The position numbers and the translations under genes were made by a program. This document shows positions 16,557 through 27,130 of a stretch of 58,234 bases of DNA, piece after piece (position 1 is the first letter of the stretch; the number at the start of each line of letters is the position of its first letter). Under the pieces are notes generated by a model that was not told the DNA's origin, made no database searches, and saw nothing but the letters and a program-made list of their open reading frames with translations. The DNA comes from Candidatus Moraniibacteriota bacterium (GTDB taxonomy: Bacteria; Patescibacteriota; Minisyncoccia; Moranbacterales; UBA11712). Location: the NCBI GenBank assembly GCA_030679895.1, contig JAUXSN010000055.1, forward strand, positions 1-58,234. The letters are read 5' to 3'.

Positions 16557-17519
16557 CTATTGATAATACAAATCTCCTTCTCCGTTGTCCCTGATCGTAT
16601 TTTTCGATTTTTTTACATATTTATCCACGAATACCTTGAATTTTTTCGGTCCGATTTTGTGCGTATAATTTGCGTAGCGAATGCCATAATCACTATTGCC
16701 CTTGAAGGTATTCCGCTTAATCTTTATTTTCCCTTTGCTGTTTACTGAATAAACCTGAACCGTTATCCCCTGCGCGTGATTGTTTTCGACATTATTTCCG
16801 CTTATGATGAAATTTGCGCCCGATAGGATCGATTCGATCCCCGATTCTGTATTTCCATGAATATGATTGCCGGAAACTTTCCCTTTCACCCCTTGATGCA
16901 GATCAACCCCCTCCCCCTTGTTCGAAAATATTTCATTGTCGGTTATGCTGATTTTTCTCCGGGAAATATAGAGGCCCTGCGACCCATTGTCCGAAACGCT
17001 CGAATTTTTGATCGTAAATTTGTATTTTTCCGCCGCAGTTGATTCCTTCACTTCAATCCCGTATTTTCCCGCTTTTTCAATATTGCAATTATCAATTGTC
17101 GCTTTTGATCTTTTATCGATGATGACGGCTGTCGCTTCGGAATTTTTGATTGTCATATTTTTTATCTGGCTTTTCGTTGAAGAAAAATTGATTGCATTAT
17201 TATATCCGTCCGCATCGATGATTGTCCCGCTCTTGCTCTCACCAACGAGTTTCACGTTTCGAGAAAGCGCAACCGACTCCGGATAAGTTCCTTCTTTCAC
17301 GAATATCGTTTTGTTTTTCAAATTGCCGCTTTCAATAAAATTCGTGGCTCCGGTGATGGTTTTCCAGGGATATTGTTCGCTACCGTCTTCCGTTTCCTGC
17401 GCCGAGCTTTTATCGACAAAAAAATCATAGGCAGCAGCCTGCGCGTTCGCGCCCAAAAACAAAAAAAACGCTAGGGGGGCCAACATCAGTATTTTGTTTC
17501 TTGTCTGCCGATTTTTCAT
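16557..17519 (-). CDS. Secreted right-handed beta-helix (pectin-lyase-like) protein
   Basis: Signal peptide; DGSEQYPWKTI and IFVKEGTYPE; repeated I..N.I..N...GI strands. Confidence 0.8.
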   Translation of the reverse strand: MKNRQTRNKILMLAPLAFFLFLGANAQAAAYDFFVDKSSAQETEDGSEQYPWKTITGATNFIESGNLKNKTIFVKEGTYPESVALSRNVKLVGESKSGTIIDADGYNNAINFSSTKSQIKNMTIKNSEATAVIIDKRSKATIDNCNIEKAGKYGIEVKESTAAEKYKFTIKNSSVSDNGSQGLYISRRKISITDNEIFSNKGEGVDLHQGVKGKVSGNHIHGNTESGIESILSGANFIISGNNVENNHAQGITVQVYSVNSKGKIKIKRNTFKGNSDYGIRYANYTHKIGPKKFKVFVDKYVKKSKNTIRDNGEGDLYYQ

Positions 17520-17555
17520 ATACTTATGCAGATTTTCATTTCCTAATCAACGAGA

Positions 17556-18239
17556 TTAGGAAACAAATTTTTTGATTTCCGTCTGCGCTTTTTCAAGATC
17601 TTCGGGAGATCCTACTGACATCCATTCAGTTGCAGTGATAACTTTTATTTTATGCTTGTCCGCCATCTTAGCCAGTGTCTGCGGAAGGCCAAACTCTTTC
17701 TCGGTAATTCTTACAAGGTCATAATTAAAAAAATCCCTGTTCAAAACCATAGCTCCGGTGTTAATAAGCTTGAACTCGAATGAATCCGGTTTTTCTATTA
17801 TGTCCACTAAATTCCCTTCTTTATTAGTTTTTATAACGCCATATTTTCTCGGATCTTCCACTTCCCAACCAAGAACCGCGAAATCCTCCGCGCATAATTT
17901 TTCGATGTCCGATTTCAGATAGAGATCGTCTCCATTTAAAACCAGAAAATCTCCTTTGATCAGATCCTTGACGCAAAAAACAGCGCCACCGGTTCCGTCC
18001 AATTCGTCGTGTCTTACGTAAATAATTTTCTTTCCCTTATAACTATCTTTGAAATGCTCTCGGATATGATCACCAAGATAGTTTATGACGAGAATTATTT
18101 CCTCAACTTGGTCTGGTACTGCGTCCAGAATATATTCAAGAAGTGGCCGACCATTCACGGGTAAAATTGGTTTCGGAATGTCATACGTCAGTGGCCTCAT
18201 GCGGGTTCCTTTGCCAGCGGCGAGTATAACTGCTTGCAT
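17556..18239 (-). CDS. Sugar-phosphate nucleotidyltransferase (GlmU N-terminal-like)
   Basis: AVILAAGKGTRMRPLT...PKPIL, FLVLNGDD, EKP; no acetyltransferase beta-helix. Confidence 0.85.
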   Translation of the reverse strand: MQAVILAAGKGTRMRPLTYDIPKPILPVNGRPLLEYILDAVPDQVEEIILVINYLGDHIREHFKDSYKGKKIIYVRHDELDGTGGAVFCVKDLIKGDFLVLNGDDLYLKSDIEKLCAEDFAVLGWEVEDPRKYGVIKTNKEGNLVDIIEKPDSFEFKLINTGAMVLNRDFFNYDLVRITEKEFGLPQTLAKMADKHKIKVITATEWMSVGSPEDLEKAQTEIKKFVS

Positions 18240-18286
18240 AATTTTCTAAATCACAAAATTAATTAGCTTATCTTTAACGAAAACAG

Positions 18287-18348
18287 AAAGGTTTGACCTT
18301 GAGGAATTCCCGGGCGTTTAGTCGGGGAAGGGAAAGGTCGAACCTTGG
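18287..18348. repeat. 62-bp three-hairpin element, intergenic copy
   Basis: 53/62 identical to the reverse complement of 44757-44818. Confidence 0.9.
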
Positions 18349-18376
18349 TAATAGTTCAGCCGATCTTTGGAAAAAT

Positions 18377-20872
18377 TTAGATTACGAAATTTATCAATCT
18401 GTCTCTTACAAAAATTATTTTCTTAATCGAACTGTCTCCAATATATTTTACTATTTTATCCTGCGCCAGCGCCAATTCTTTCGCGTCTTTTTCCTTGACA
18501 CCCGATGCGACCTCGATCTGATCCCGCACCTTGCCGTTTATTTGGATAACAAGCATTATTTGTTCGTCTTTTATCAGCTTTGGATCATATTCCGGCCATT
18601 TTTCAAAGAATATAGATTTGTCGTGGCCTAGTTTTTCCCAAATTTCTTCAGCGATGTGAGGAACAAAGGGAGATAATAATTTAATGAACAGTGAACAGTG
18701 AACAGTGAACAGTCTTTCTTGTTTTTCAAGTTCATTTAGAAAGATCATCAATGCAGATATAGCGGTATTAAATCGGAAACTCTCTATATCTTCTGTGACT
18801 TTTTTAATAGTTTTGTGTAATAAAATTTCTAAATTATTGTTCACTGATCGCTGTTCGCTGATCACTGACTTCAACTTCCAGACTTTGTCCAGGAAGCGTC
18901 GCATCCCCACCACGCCTTTCGTGTTCCAGGCGATATTTTGCATGAACGGACCCATGAACATTTCGTAGAGCCGAATCGAATCCGCGCCGTATTCGAAAAT
19001 CACTTCATCGGGATTGATGACGTTTCCCCAGCGCTTGGACATTTTTCTTCCGTCTTCTCCTTGGATGAGTCCAACGTGCACCAATTTCTTGAAGGGTTCT
19101 TTTGTGGAGACCACTCCGATGTCGTATAAAAATTTGTGCCAGAAGCGGGCGTAAAGAAGATGCCGCGTCGCGTGTTCCGCTCCGCCGACATAGAGATCAA
19201 CGGGCATCCATTTTTTTTCTTCTGTCTTACCCACCAATTCTTTTTCGTTCTTTGGATCGATATAGCGAAGATAATACCAGGAAGATCCCGCCCATTGCGG
19301 CATCGTATTCGTCTCGCGTTTTCCCGGTCCCCCGCACTGCGGACATTCCGCATTCACCCATTCTTTGATGTTTGCCAGCGGCCCCTCCCCTGTTCCGGTC
19401 GGTTCGTATTTTTCCACTTTCGGAAGTTCAACCGGCAGATCTTTTTCCGGAACGCCGACCGTTCCGCATTTTTCGCAGTGAATGATCGGGATCGGCTCGC
19501 CCCAATATCTCTGCCGTGAAAAAACCCAATCCCGCATTTTATAATTAACTTTCTTCCCGCCGATCTTTTTCTTCTCCAGCCACGCAGCCATTTTTTCACG
19601 AGCTTTTTCGGAAGTGAGATCGGAATATTTTCCGGAGTTTACTAATTTTCCGTCACATATAAAGCAATCTGATTCGACCCGCAACTCCGTTCTGGCGCCA
19701 GCCGCAATATCTTCCAAATTTCTTGGAATATTTAATAATTCTTCAGGGAGGATTACTTTCTTGATCGGCAACTTATACTTTTTCGCAAACTCAAAATCCC
19801 GTTCGTCATGCGCCGGAACCGCCATCACCGCGCCGGTGCCATAATGGCCAAGAACGTAATCAGCGACAAATAGCGGTAATTCTTCATTATTAAAAGGATT
19901 AGTTACTCTTATACCTTGAAGTTCAACTCCCGTTTTTTCTTTTTGCAGATCAGTCCGCTCCAGATCGGTTTTGTTTTGCGCCTTGATAACATATTTCTCA
20001 ACTTCTTTGTAGTTTTTAATTTGATCTTTCAGTTTTTCGATAATTGGATGCTCCGGACCAACAACGCAGTATGTGCAACCAAAAATAGTATCCAAGCGAG
20101 TCGTAAAAACTTCGAGCATATTTGGAAGCTTAGCTTCCATTGTGGAAGCTAAGCTTCCATTAGTCACAATTGAAAATTTCACGATTGCTCCTTCGCTTCT
20201 TCCGATCCAGTTTTTTTGCTGGTCAACAATGGATTTTTCCCAGTCCAACTCTTCCCTGTCCAGATCTTCAAGCAGCCGATCGGCATAATCCGTCATTTTG
20301 AGCACCCATTGGCGCATTTTTTTCTGGACAACCTGCGTGCCACAGCGTTCGCAAAGGCCGTTTTCGAGATCCTCTAGAGCCAGTCCCGTTTGGCAGGAGG
20401 GGCACCAGTTGATCGGCTCGTCGGATTCAAAAGCCAGGCCTTTCTCAAACATCTTGAGAAAGATCCACTGCGTCCATTTATAATATTCCGGATCAGTTGT
20501 ATTTATTTCCCGGTCCCAGTCGTACGTGAAACCAAACAGCCCAAGCTGTTTTTTGAAAGTTTTGATGTTTTCTTTGACTGCCGCCTCGGGATGAATTTTA
20601 TTTTGGATGGCATAGTTCTCGGCCGGAAGACCAAAAGCGTCCCAGCCCATCGGATGAAGGACTGAAAACCCATTGAGCATCTTGAAGCGCGAAACGACAT
20701 CGGTCGCAATATATCCTTTGGGATGCCCGACATGAAGACCTGCTCCCGAAGGATAAGGAAACATATCGAGAGCATAGAATTTCTTTGGCTTCGAATAGTC
20801 CTTATATATACCACTTTCCGCCCATTTCTTCTGCCATTTCCGCTCGATTAATTTTGGATTATATTTCTTCAT
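18377..20872 (-). CDS. leuS: Leucine--tRNA ligase
   Basis: MFPYPSGAGLHVGH, GWDAFGLPAEN, KMSKR, VFTT editing domain; start taken at MKKYNP. Confidence 0.98.
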   Translation of the reverse strand: MKKYNPKLIERKWQKKWAESGIYKDYSKPKKFYALDMFPYPSGAGLHVGHPKGYIATDVVSRFKMLNGFSVLHPMGWDAFGLPAENYAIQNKIHPEAAVKENIKTFKKQLGLFGFTYDWDREINTTDPEYYKWTQWIFLKMFEKGLAFESDEPINWCPSCQTGLALEDLENGLCERCGTQVVQKKMRQWVLKMTDYADRLLEDLDREELDWEKSIVDQQKNWIGRSEGAIVKFSIVTNGSLASTMEAKLPNMLEVFTTRLDTIFGCTYCVVGPEHPIIEKLKDQIKNYKEVEKYVIKAQNKTDLERTDLQKEKTGVELQGIRVTNPFNNEELPLFVADYVLGHYGTGAVMAVPAHDERDFEFAKKYKLPIKKVILPEELLNIPRNLEDIAAGARTELRVESDCFICDGKLVNSGKYSDLTSEKAREKMAAWLEKKKIGGKKVNYKMRDWVFSRQRYWGEPIPIIHCEKCGTVGVPEKDLPVELPKVEKYEPTGTGEGPLANIKEWVNAECPQCGGPGKRETNTMPQWAGSSWYYLRYIDPKNEKELVGKTEEKKWMPVDLYVGGAEHATRHLLYARFWHKFLYDIGVVSTKEPFKKLVHVGLIQGEDGRKMSKRWGNVINPDEVIFEYGADSIRLYEMFMGPFMQNIAWNTKGVVGMRRFLDKVWKLKSVISEQRSVNNNLEILLHKTIKKVTEDIESFRFNTAISALMIFLNELEKQERLFTVHCSLFIKLLSPFVPHIAEEIWEKLGHDKSIFFEKWPEYDPKLIKDEQIMLVIQINGKVRDQIEVASGVKEKDAKELALAQDKIVKYIGDSSIKKIIFVRDRLINFVI
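18685..18712. repeat. (TGAACAG)4 heptamer array inside leuS
   Basis: Read directly; encodes LFTVHCSLF. Confidence 0.9.
18842..18869. repeat. Degenerate CACTGAT heptamer array inside leuS
   Basis: cactgat cgctgtt cgctgat cactgac; encodes SVISEQRSV. Confidence 0.75.
20123..20159. repeat. 37-bp paired-hairpin palindrome, copy 2 (in frame in leuS)
   Basis: tggaagcttagcttcca-ttg-tggaagctaagcttcca. Confidence 0.95.
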
Positions 20873-20924
20873 AAAACACAATTAATACTTCTACAATCTA
20901 GCCTATTTTCAAGTTTTTATCAAG

Positions 20925-20952
20925 AAAAAAGCCCGGGCGTTGCCACCAGGGC
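20925..20952 (-). terminator. Probable intrinsic terminator after the gamma-CA gene
   Basis: Minus strand gccctgg...cccgggc followed by a T run. Confidence 0.6.
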
Positions 20953-20975
20953 TCTAAGTACGCTCCCCTGTTTTG

Positions 20976-21569
20976 CTAGGGAGTTTGTGCTTTAGGAATA
21001 TCCAACGCCAGATATTTCTGGCGGAGAAGATGGTTCTCTTGAACGACATGACTGTTGAAATTCCGCATGTCATGATCAGTGACCAAAGGAAGTTTATCGG
21101 CGGCTTTCTGGGATGTTATCCGTGCGCCGTGGGGCACATATCTGAAGCCGCCAATGGTTACATTCATAACCAGCGCCATATGGCCGATATAAACTTTTTC
21201 GCCAATGACTGCATTATGCAGAGTGGATCCGAACCCGACAAAGCTTCCGCGGCCAATCACGGTTGACCCATGAATTATTGACCCATGTGCCAGCGAAACA
21301 TCTTCTCCCACATAGACAGAGACCTCGATTTTCCCGACGGTTCTCCGCAATCCCGACAAGCCGTGAAGAATAACGCCGTCCTGAATATTGACGTTATTTC
21401 CGATAATGAATGGCCAGGCTTCGTCGGCGCGCAGGACAGCGCAGCAAAGAACCAAAACATTGCTGCCAATGCGAACATCTCCGATAACTTGAGCGGACTC
21501 GTCGATTTTGGAACCCGCTCCGACAGATGGATAAACCAATTCCCCGCCATAAATGAAAGATCTGATCAC
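20976..21569 (-). CDS. Gamma-class carbonic anhydrase (Cam/CcmM N-terminal-like)
   Basis: Hexapeptide repeats; VLRADE, NIQDGVILH, LAHGSIIHG provide three His ligands. Confidence 0.85.
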   Translation of the reverse strand: MIRSFIYGGELVYPSVGAGSKIDESAQVIGDVRIGSNVLVLCCAVLRADEAWPFIIGNNVNIQDGVILHGLSGLRRTVGKIEVSVYVGEDVSLAHGSIIHGSTVIGRGSFVGFGSTLHNAVIGEKVYIGHMALVMNVTIGGFRYVPHGARITSQKAADKLPLVTDHDMRNFNSHVVQENHLLRQKYLALDIPKAQTP

Positions 21570-21741
21570 GAATATCTCCTTTTTTTGACTTTATTTTCAC
21601 TAAAAAAAGCAGTACGTTGACTTGCTCCAGCAATCATTTTCGCATATTTAAAAGGATTTGTCAATGTTCAAAATTGACAATTCTTATAATACTTCGCTAG
21701 ACTATCCAATAACAAAACTCAACGAAGTTTAAGGGGGTTAA

Positions 21742-22191
21742 ATGATGCATCCAAAGCTCTTGGGCAAAATTCCTAGAATATTTTCTCTGAGGATTGAGGG
21801 CTCTAGGTGTCCATACGTAAACCTAGCCCAGAAAGACATTCTTTCAGCACTATTGAAAAAATGTGCGGAAGAAATTGTCAAAAAACCTACGGCGCGACCG
21901 CCCTGTACTAAAGTGTGCCAACCTGCTTATCCGGGATGGGAAGGTATTGCGGGAAATGTCCTTTTCCAGCCTGAAGGCTACATCACGGTGGCAACTTTCG
22001 CGGCCAAGGGGGAATTCTTATTTACCCTGGCACCGGATTCACTGATGGAGGAATGCTCCGGCGTTCAAAAGATCCTCTATGCGCTTGAATCAGCTTTTGG
22101 GTTAAGGTATTTTGAAGTAAACTTCGACCTGATCGCTGATGATCAGCTTCAAAAGGCTTTCTCCCAACTACAATCTGCCACCTATGCCTAA
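21742..22191 (+). CDS. Hypothetical protein
   Basis: 149-aa ORF with AAGGGGG upstream, TTGACA promoter-like sequence at 21674 and a downstream terminator; no recognisable motif. Confidence 0.55.
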   Translation: MMHPKLLGKIPRIFSLRIEGSRCPYVNLAQKDILSALLKKCAEEIVKKPTARPPCTKVCQPAYPGWEGIAGNVLFQPEGYITVATFAAKGEFLFTLAPDSLMEECSGVQKILYALESAFGLRYFEVNFDLIADDQLQKAFSQLQSATYA

Positions 22192-22236
22192 CAGCCGGTG
22201 GTATAGAGTTTGTCAAAAGTGCTTTTGGAATAATAG

Positions 22237-22267
22237 GGCGAGGTTGTCACACGTGACCTCGCCTTTT
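22237..22267 (+). terminator. Intrinsic terminator
   Basis: ggcgaggt / acctcgcc stem followed by tttt. Confidence 0.65.
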
Positions 22268-22479
22268 AAAATAGGATGGCTAAATTGATAGTTAGAGCCG
22301 GAGCAAGGCAATCGGCCTAGATTTTATCATCTATGCCCATAGCGATCCCATTCCTTTTTCTCATTTATTTGCCCCCAGACGACTTTTGATTTATATTCAA
22401 AATAAGCAACAGTTCTTAAGATTCTCAAAAAATAGAGGGTTGATCAAAAAACCCGCAACGAAGATAGGAGGAGCATTAG

Positions 22480-23430
22480 ATGGAAAACATTCCGTATCTG
22501 CTTCTTTGCGACTACGATCTGACCCTCTTCAATACCAAAGAGCGTTCCCCGCGCGGGATCGGACTTAAGGAGGGTTACGAACACGCAGTCCAGGAAACTT
22601 TTGGGCCGAAGGGACTGGATCACTACCAAAATGAGGGAGGACTCCAAAATCGCGCGCCCAGCGAAGTGGTAGCGTCACTGATGAAACAAGATATGAGTCT
22701 CATTGGCCATGCACGGGAAAAACACGCTGAACTTAGCTCGTCTTTGAAAAACCTGCCCGCGACACTTGCTGCTCAATGGAAGGAGACAGATCTTGTTTTC
22801 CTGCTTTCCGAGATGCTGGTGCACTTCAAGCTTCAGCTGTTTCTCGGCGAGATTGGGCCGGATTGGCCCCGACCATATCCGGGAGTCTGTGATTTTTTCC
22901 ACATTGTCGCAGACTTGAGGGAAAGGGAGAAACTGCCTGTTCAGACCGGAATACTAAGTTCGGGACATACCCACTTCATTGAGAAGACCCTTTCTCTCTG
23001 GGGAATCCCTAGTCCGCGGATAATGGTTACGGATGACGATATTCGGCCACTCGGATATCCCAAGGAACCCAAAGACAAGGTAAAGCCGGCACCGTTTTCG
23101 TTCAAATTTCTCCAGTTACGTTGGTTAAAACAGCTGAACGGACTTAGTCCTACTCATCCGTCTCATGTTCAAGTCAGTCTGCCGCGGATAATGTACTTCG
23201 GGGATGATTCGGAAAAGGACGGCGGCCTGGCAAGAAATGTCGGCGTGCCTTTCGGCTGGTTCCAGGGAAACGAAAAGGGCAAACTTGGCTTTTCGCCCAA
23301 TCAACAATTTCCCATAGGATCATTCACCTTTTCTGACTGGACCAAGCTTTGTGATTTTATCGGACAAGGCTCGGTCAAGAAATTGTTTTCTAGCGGCGCA
23401 CCGCTGGCAAAAATATTTTCCCTTTTCTAA
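22480..23430 (+). CDS. HAD-superfamily hydrolase
   Basis: LLCDYDLTLFNT motif I, YFGDD motif IV; SD AGGAGG upstream. Confidence 0.75.
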   Translation: MENIPYLLLCDYDLTLFNTKERSPRGIGLKEGYEHAVQETFGPKGLDHYQNEGGLQNRAPSEVVASLMKQDMSLIGHAREKHAELSSSLKNLPATLAAQWKETDLVFLLSEMLVHFKLQLFLGEIGPDWPRPYPGVCDFFHIVADLREREKLPVQTGILSSGHTHFIEKTLSLWGIPSPRIMVTDDDIRPLGYPKEPKDKVKPAPFSFKFLQLRWLKQLNGLSPTHPSHVQVSLPRIMYFGDDSEKDGGLARNVGVPFGWFQGNEKGKLGFSPNQQFPIGSFTFSDWTKLCDFIGQGSVKKLFSSGAPLAKIFSLF

Positions 23431-23467
23431 CAGGGAAAATCAAAATTATGCAAAGCATATTACGCAA

Positions 23468-23500
23468 AACCCCGGGTCATTCAGCCTGGGGTTCTTTCTT
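23468..23500. terminator. Hairpin between convergent genes (possibly bidirectional terminator)
   Basis: aaccccggg-tcattcag-cctggggtt with flanking A/T runs. Confidence 0.6.
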
Positions 23501-23529
23501 TCCCGATATCTCAAAAAAAGTTAAATAAA

Positions 23530-23976
23530 TCAATCTACTTTGATAAATTCGACATTTTCTCCCTCATCCACCAACTTCGCGTACGCAAGAATGATTTCTT
23601 TTCCCGGATAATATTTCAAAATTTTTTCTTTCGCTTTTTGGAGTTCGCTTTCGTGGAATTTTTGTTCCGCTTCCAAATCGCCTTTGAATTGAGAAGAACC
23701 TCCATAGGCTCCGCAATCGGCATGGTTCACGATGACGATTTTTTCGACGTGATGGAGGTCGCACGGCACACCGATGCATTTCATCGCCACGTCCACTTCA
23801 TTTTGGCATTCGTTGATGGCTTTGGCCGCGCCGGGCATTTTCGGAAAATCATAAGTTTTGATTCCAAGCTCTTCTTCCACAAATCTCATCGTCTCTTTCC
23901 AAAAACGGAAATCGATGCAGGCTAATACCACTGCTTCGCAACTGTGCTGATTCTTATACTTAAAAGGAATTTTCAT
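23530..23976 (-). CDS. Small beta-class carbonic anhydrase-like protein
   Basis: ACIDFR (CxDxR) and HADCGAY (HxxC) zinc ligands. Confidence 0.8.
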   Translation of the reverse strand: MKIPFKYKNQHSCEAVVLACIDFRFWKETMRFVEEELGIKTYDFPKMPGAAKAINECQNEVDVAMKCIGVPCDLHHVEKIVIVNHADCGAYGGSSQFKGDLEAEQKFHESELQKAKEKILKYYPGKEIILAYAKLVDEGENVEFIKVD

Positions 23977-24008
23977 GATATATAGTAGGTTTAAAACTTA
24001 GCTCAAAT

Positions 24009-24105
24009 CTCAAAATTCAAAGCGTAAAGCCACAGCGCAAAGCGTAAAATTTTTTAGTCTTTAGCTTTGAGTTGTGGTTTTGAGTTTTGCGCTTTGCGTT
24101 TTGCG
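24009..24105. repeat. 97-bp heptamer-derived inverted-repeat element, copy A (after atpC)
   Basis: About 5 mismatches versus 29586-29682. Confidence 0.9.
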
Positions 24106-24106
24106 T

Positions 24107-24547
24107 TTACTCAATCCTCATTCCCCTCCTCGTCAAATGCTTTCGCGCCACTTTTATTCTGGCTAAGTTCTTCTCGAAGATCGCCGCCACGGTCGCGTAT
24201 TGGACTTCATCAGTCTGAATCCTTTCTTCTTTCAATTTTTCGGCTCGATCTTTCGCCTCTTCAGCCCGTTTGATGTCAATTTCTTCCGCCCGCTCGGCCG
24301 TGTCAGCCAAAATCGTAATTTCGTTTTTGCGAACTTCAACCATCCCGCCTGAAACCGCCATCGCGATTTCTTCGCCATCTTTTTTCGCGACTAGCTCTCC
24401 TGGTGCCAAAACGGAAATGAGCGGAATATGGTTTGGAAGCACGGTAATCTCTCCTTCTTGGGTAGGAAGGGTGACTTGATCAATGCTATCCTCGTAGACT
24501 GTTTTTTCAGGAGTTACTATTTTAAATTTTATCTTTTTGCCATTCAC
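24107..24547 (-). CDS. atpC: ATP synthase epsilon subunit
   Basis: KFKIVTPE, GEITVLPNHIPLIS, ITILADTAE; GTG start inferred. Confidence 0.93.
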   Translation of the reverse strand: MNGKKIKFKIVTPEKTVYEDSIDQVTLPTQEGEITVLPNHIPLISVLAPGELVAKKDGEEIAMAVSGGMVEVRKNEITILADTAERAEEIDIKRAEEAKDRAEKLKEERIQTDEVQYATVAAIFEKNLARIKVARKHLTRRGMRIE

Positions 24548-24655
24548 TGCAGTAGTAAAGGAAAAAGTTAAAATGAAAACATAAAAACCACAAGGCAAAA
24601 TTCAAAACCGGTTTTTAATTTTCAAATGTCGTTTTTCCTTTTTATATTTTACTTT

Positions 24656-26035
<1,380 letters not shown>

Positions 26036-26056
26036 TTATTAAATATTATTCACTGA

Positions 26057-27019
26057 TCACTGATCAAGCGCCGCTCTCCCCGCGGAAATTTCCGCGATTT
26101 CCTGTGTAATGGAAGCCTGGCGGATCTGGTTGAATATGAGCGTCAGGTTGTCTACCATATCGTTGGCCGCGTCGGTCGCGTTTCGCATCGCCACCATCCG
26201 CGCTGATTCTTTCGAGGCATTCGATTCCAAAATTGCGTGGTATATTTGCATCTCAACAAGACGAGGCAAAATATTTTCCAGCACCGATCTCGCGTCCGGC
26301 TCAACTTTGTATTCCATCGGCGGTTCATTGAGTCCGTATTCTTTGGCCAAGACATCCATATCAGCCAGTTGTTTTTCAATTTCAATTTTCGAAACCGGAA
26401 GGAGCTGGCGGAGTTTGGGCTGCTGAACAACGGCGGAAACATAGTCTGTGTAGGCGATGACCACTTTGTCATATTTTTTTGCTTTGTATTCGTCCATTGA
26501 AAGCCTTGCCAGCGCGCGAACACTTTCTATGCCGGGGAGATATGTGAGCTCGTCAAAAGTGGCGACGATATTTTTGCTGATTTTCCGAATGAGACTCGCT
26601 CCCTTTTTCCCAACGGTCACGAAATCGATCTCAATTTTGTCATCCGGAACATTTGATTTGATTCTCTTTCCTCCAATCCGATTCACTTTGAGCTGTCCGG
26701 GATTTTTCACCTGCTCGACGACTTTTCGGATGAGCTGGGAATTGAATCCGCCGCAAAGTCCGCGGTTCGAGGTGACGACGATCATGAGAACTTTTTTCAC
26801 CTCCCGCGTCTCGAGAAGTTCGGTCGGATAGTTTTCAAAAGCGCGGGCCATGTTCGTCAGCACCGACCAGGCGCTGTGGGCATACGGCCGGATCGCAAGA
26901 ACGCTCGCCACCGCCCGGCGCATCTTCGAAGCCGCCACCATTTCCATGGCGCGAGTGATCTTCTTGGTATTGTTCACCGATTTTATTCGGCGTCTGATTT
27001 CGCGAGTTCCAGATGCCAC
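26057..27019 (-). CDS. atpG: ATP synthase gamma subunit
   Basis: REIRRRIKSV.NTKKITRAMEMVAASK, RGLCGGFN, RQASITQEIAEI; GTG start at 27019 (the ORF-track extension is repeat-derived). Confidence 0.96.
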   Translation of the reverse strand: MASGTREIRRRIKSVNNTKKITRAMEMVAASKMRRAVASVLAIRPYAHSAWSVLTNMARAFENYPTELLETREVKKVLMIVVTSNRGLCGGFNSQLIRKVVEQVKNPGQLKVNRIGGKRIKSNVPDDKIEIDFVTVGKKGASLIRKISKNIVATFDELTYLPGIESVRALARLSMDEYKAKKYDKVVIAYTDYVSAVVQQPKLRQLLPVSKIEIEKQLADMDVLAKEYGLNEPPMEYKVEPDARSVLENILPRLVEMQIYHAILESNASKESARMVAMRNATDAANDMVDNLTLIFNQIRQASITQEIAEISAGRAALDQ

Positions 27020-27024
27020 TTTTT

Positions 27025-27130
27025 CAGTGAACAGTGAACAGTGAACAGTGATCAAAAAATAATCAATGTTCTCAAATTCACTGTAGTAAAAAATAAAATT
27101 ACTGATCACTGATCGTTGATCACTGATCGT
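27025..27130. repeat. CAGTGAA / CACTGAT heptamer inverted-repeat element in the atpA-atpG spacer
   Basis: (cagtgaa)3cagtgat at 27025-27052 faces actgatcactgatcgttgatcactgatc at about 27101-27128. Confidence 0.8.

Noticed and set aside
24541-24547. Frameshift at the atpC start (ATG GCA AAA AGA TAA would read MAKKIKF with one more A)
   Set aside because: An in-frame GTG four bases upstream gives a complete protein, so no lesion need be invoked; a read check is still cheap.
27020-27109. N-terminal extension of AtpG (MISNFIF...ITVHCSLFTEK), and similar extensions of AtpC, MetG, the kinase and the ABC ATPase
   Set aside because: They arise from open intergenic or repeat sequence upstream of the homology-supported starts.
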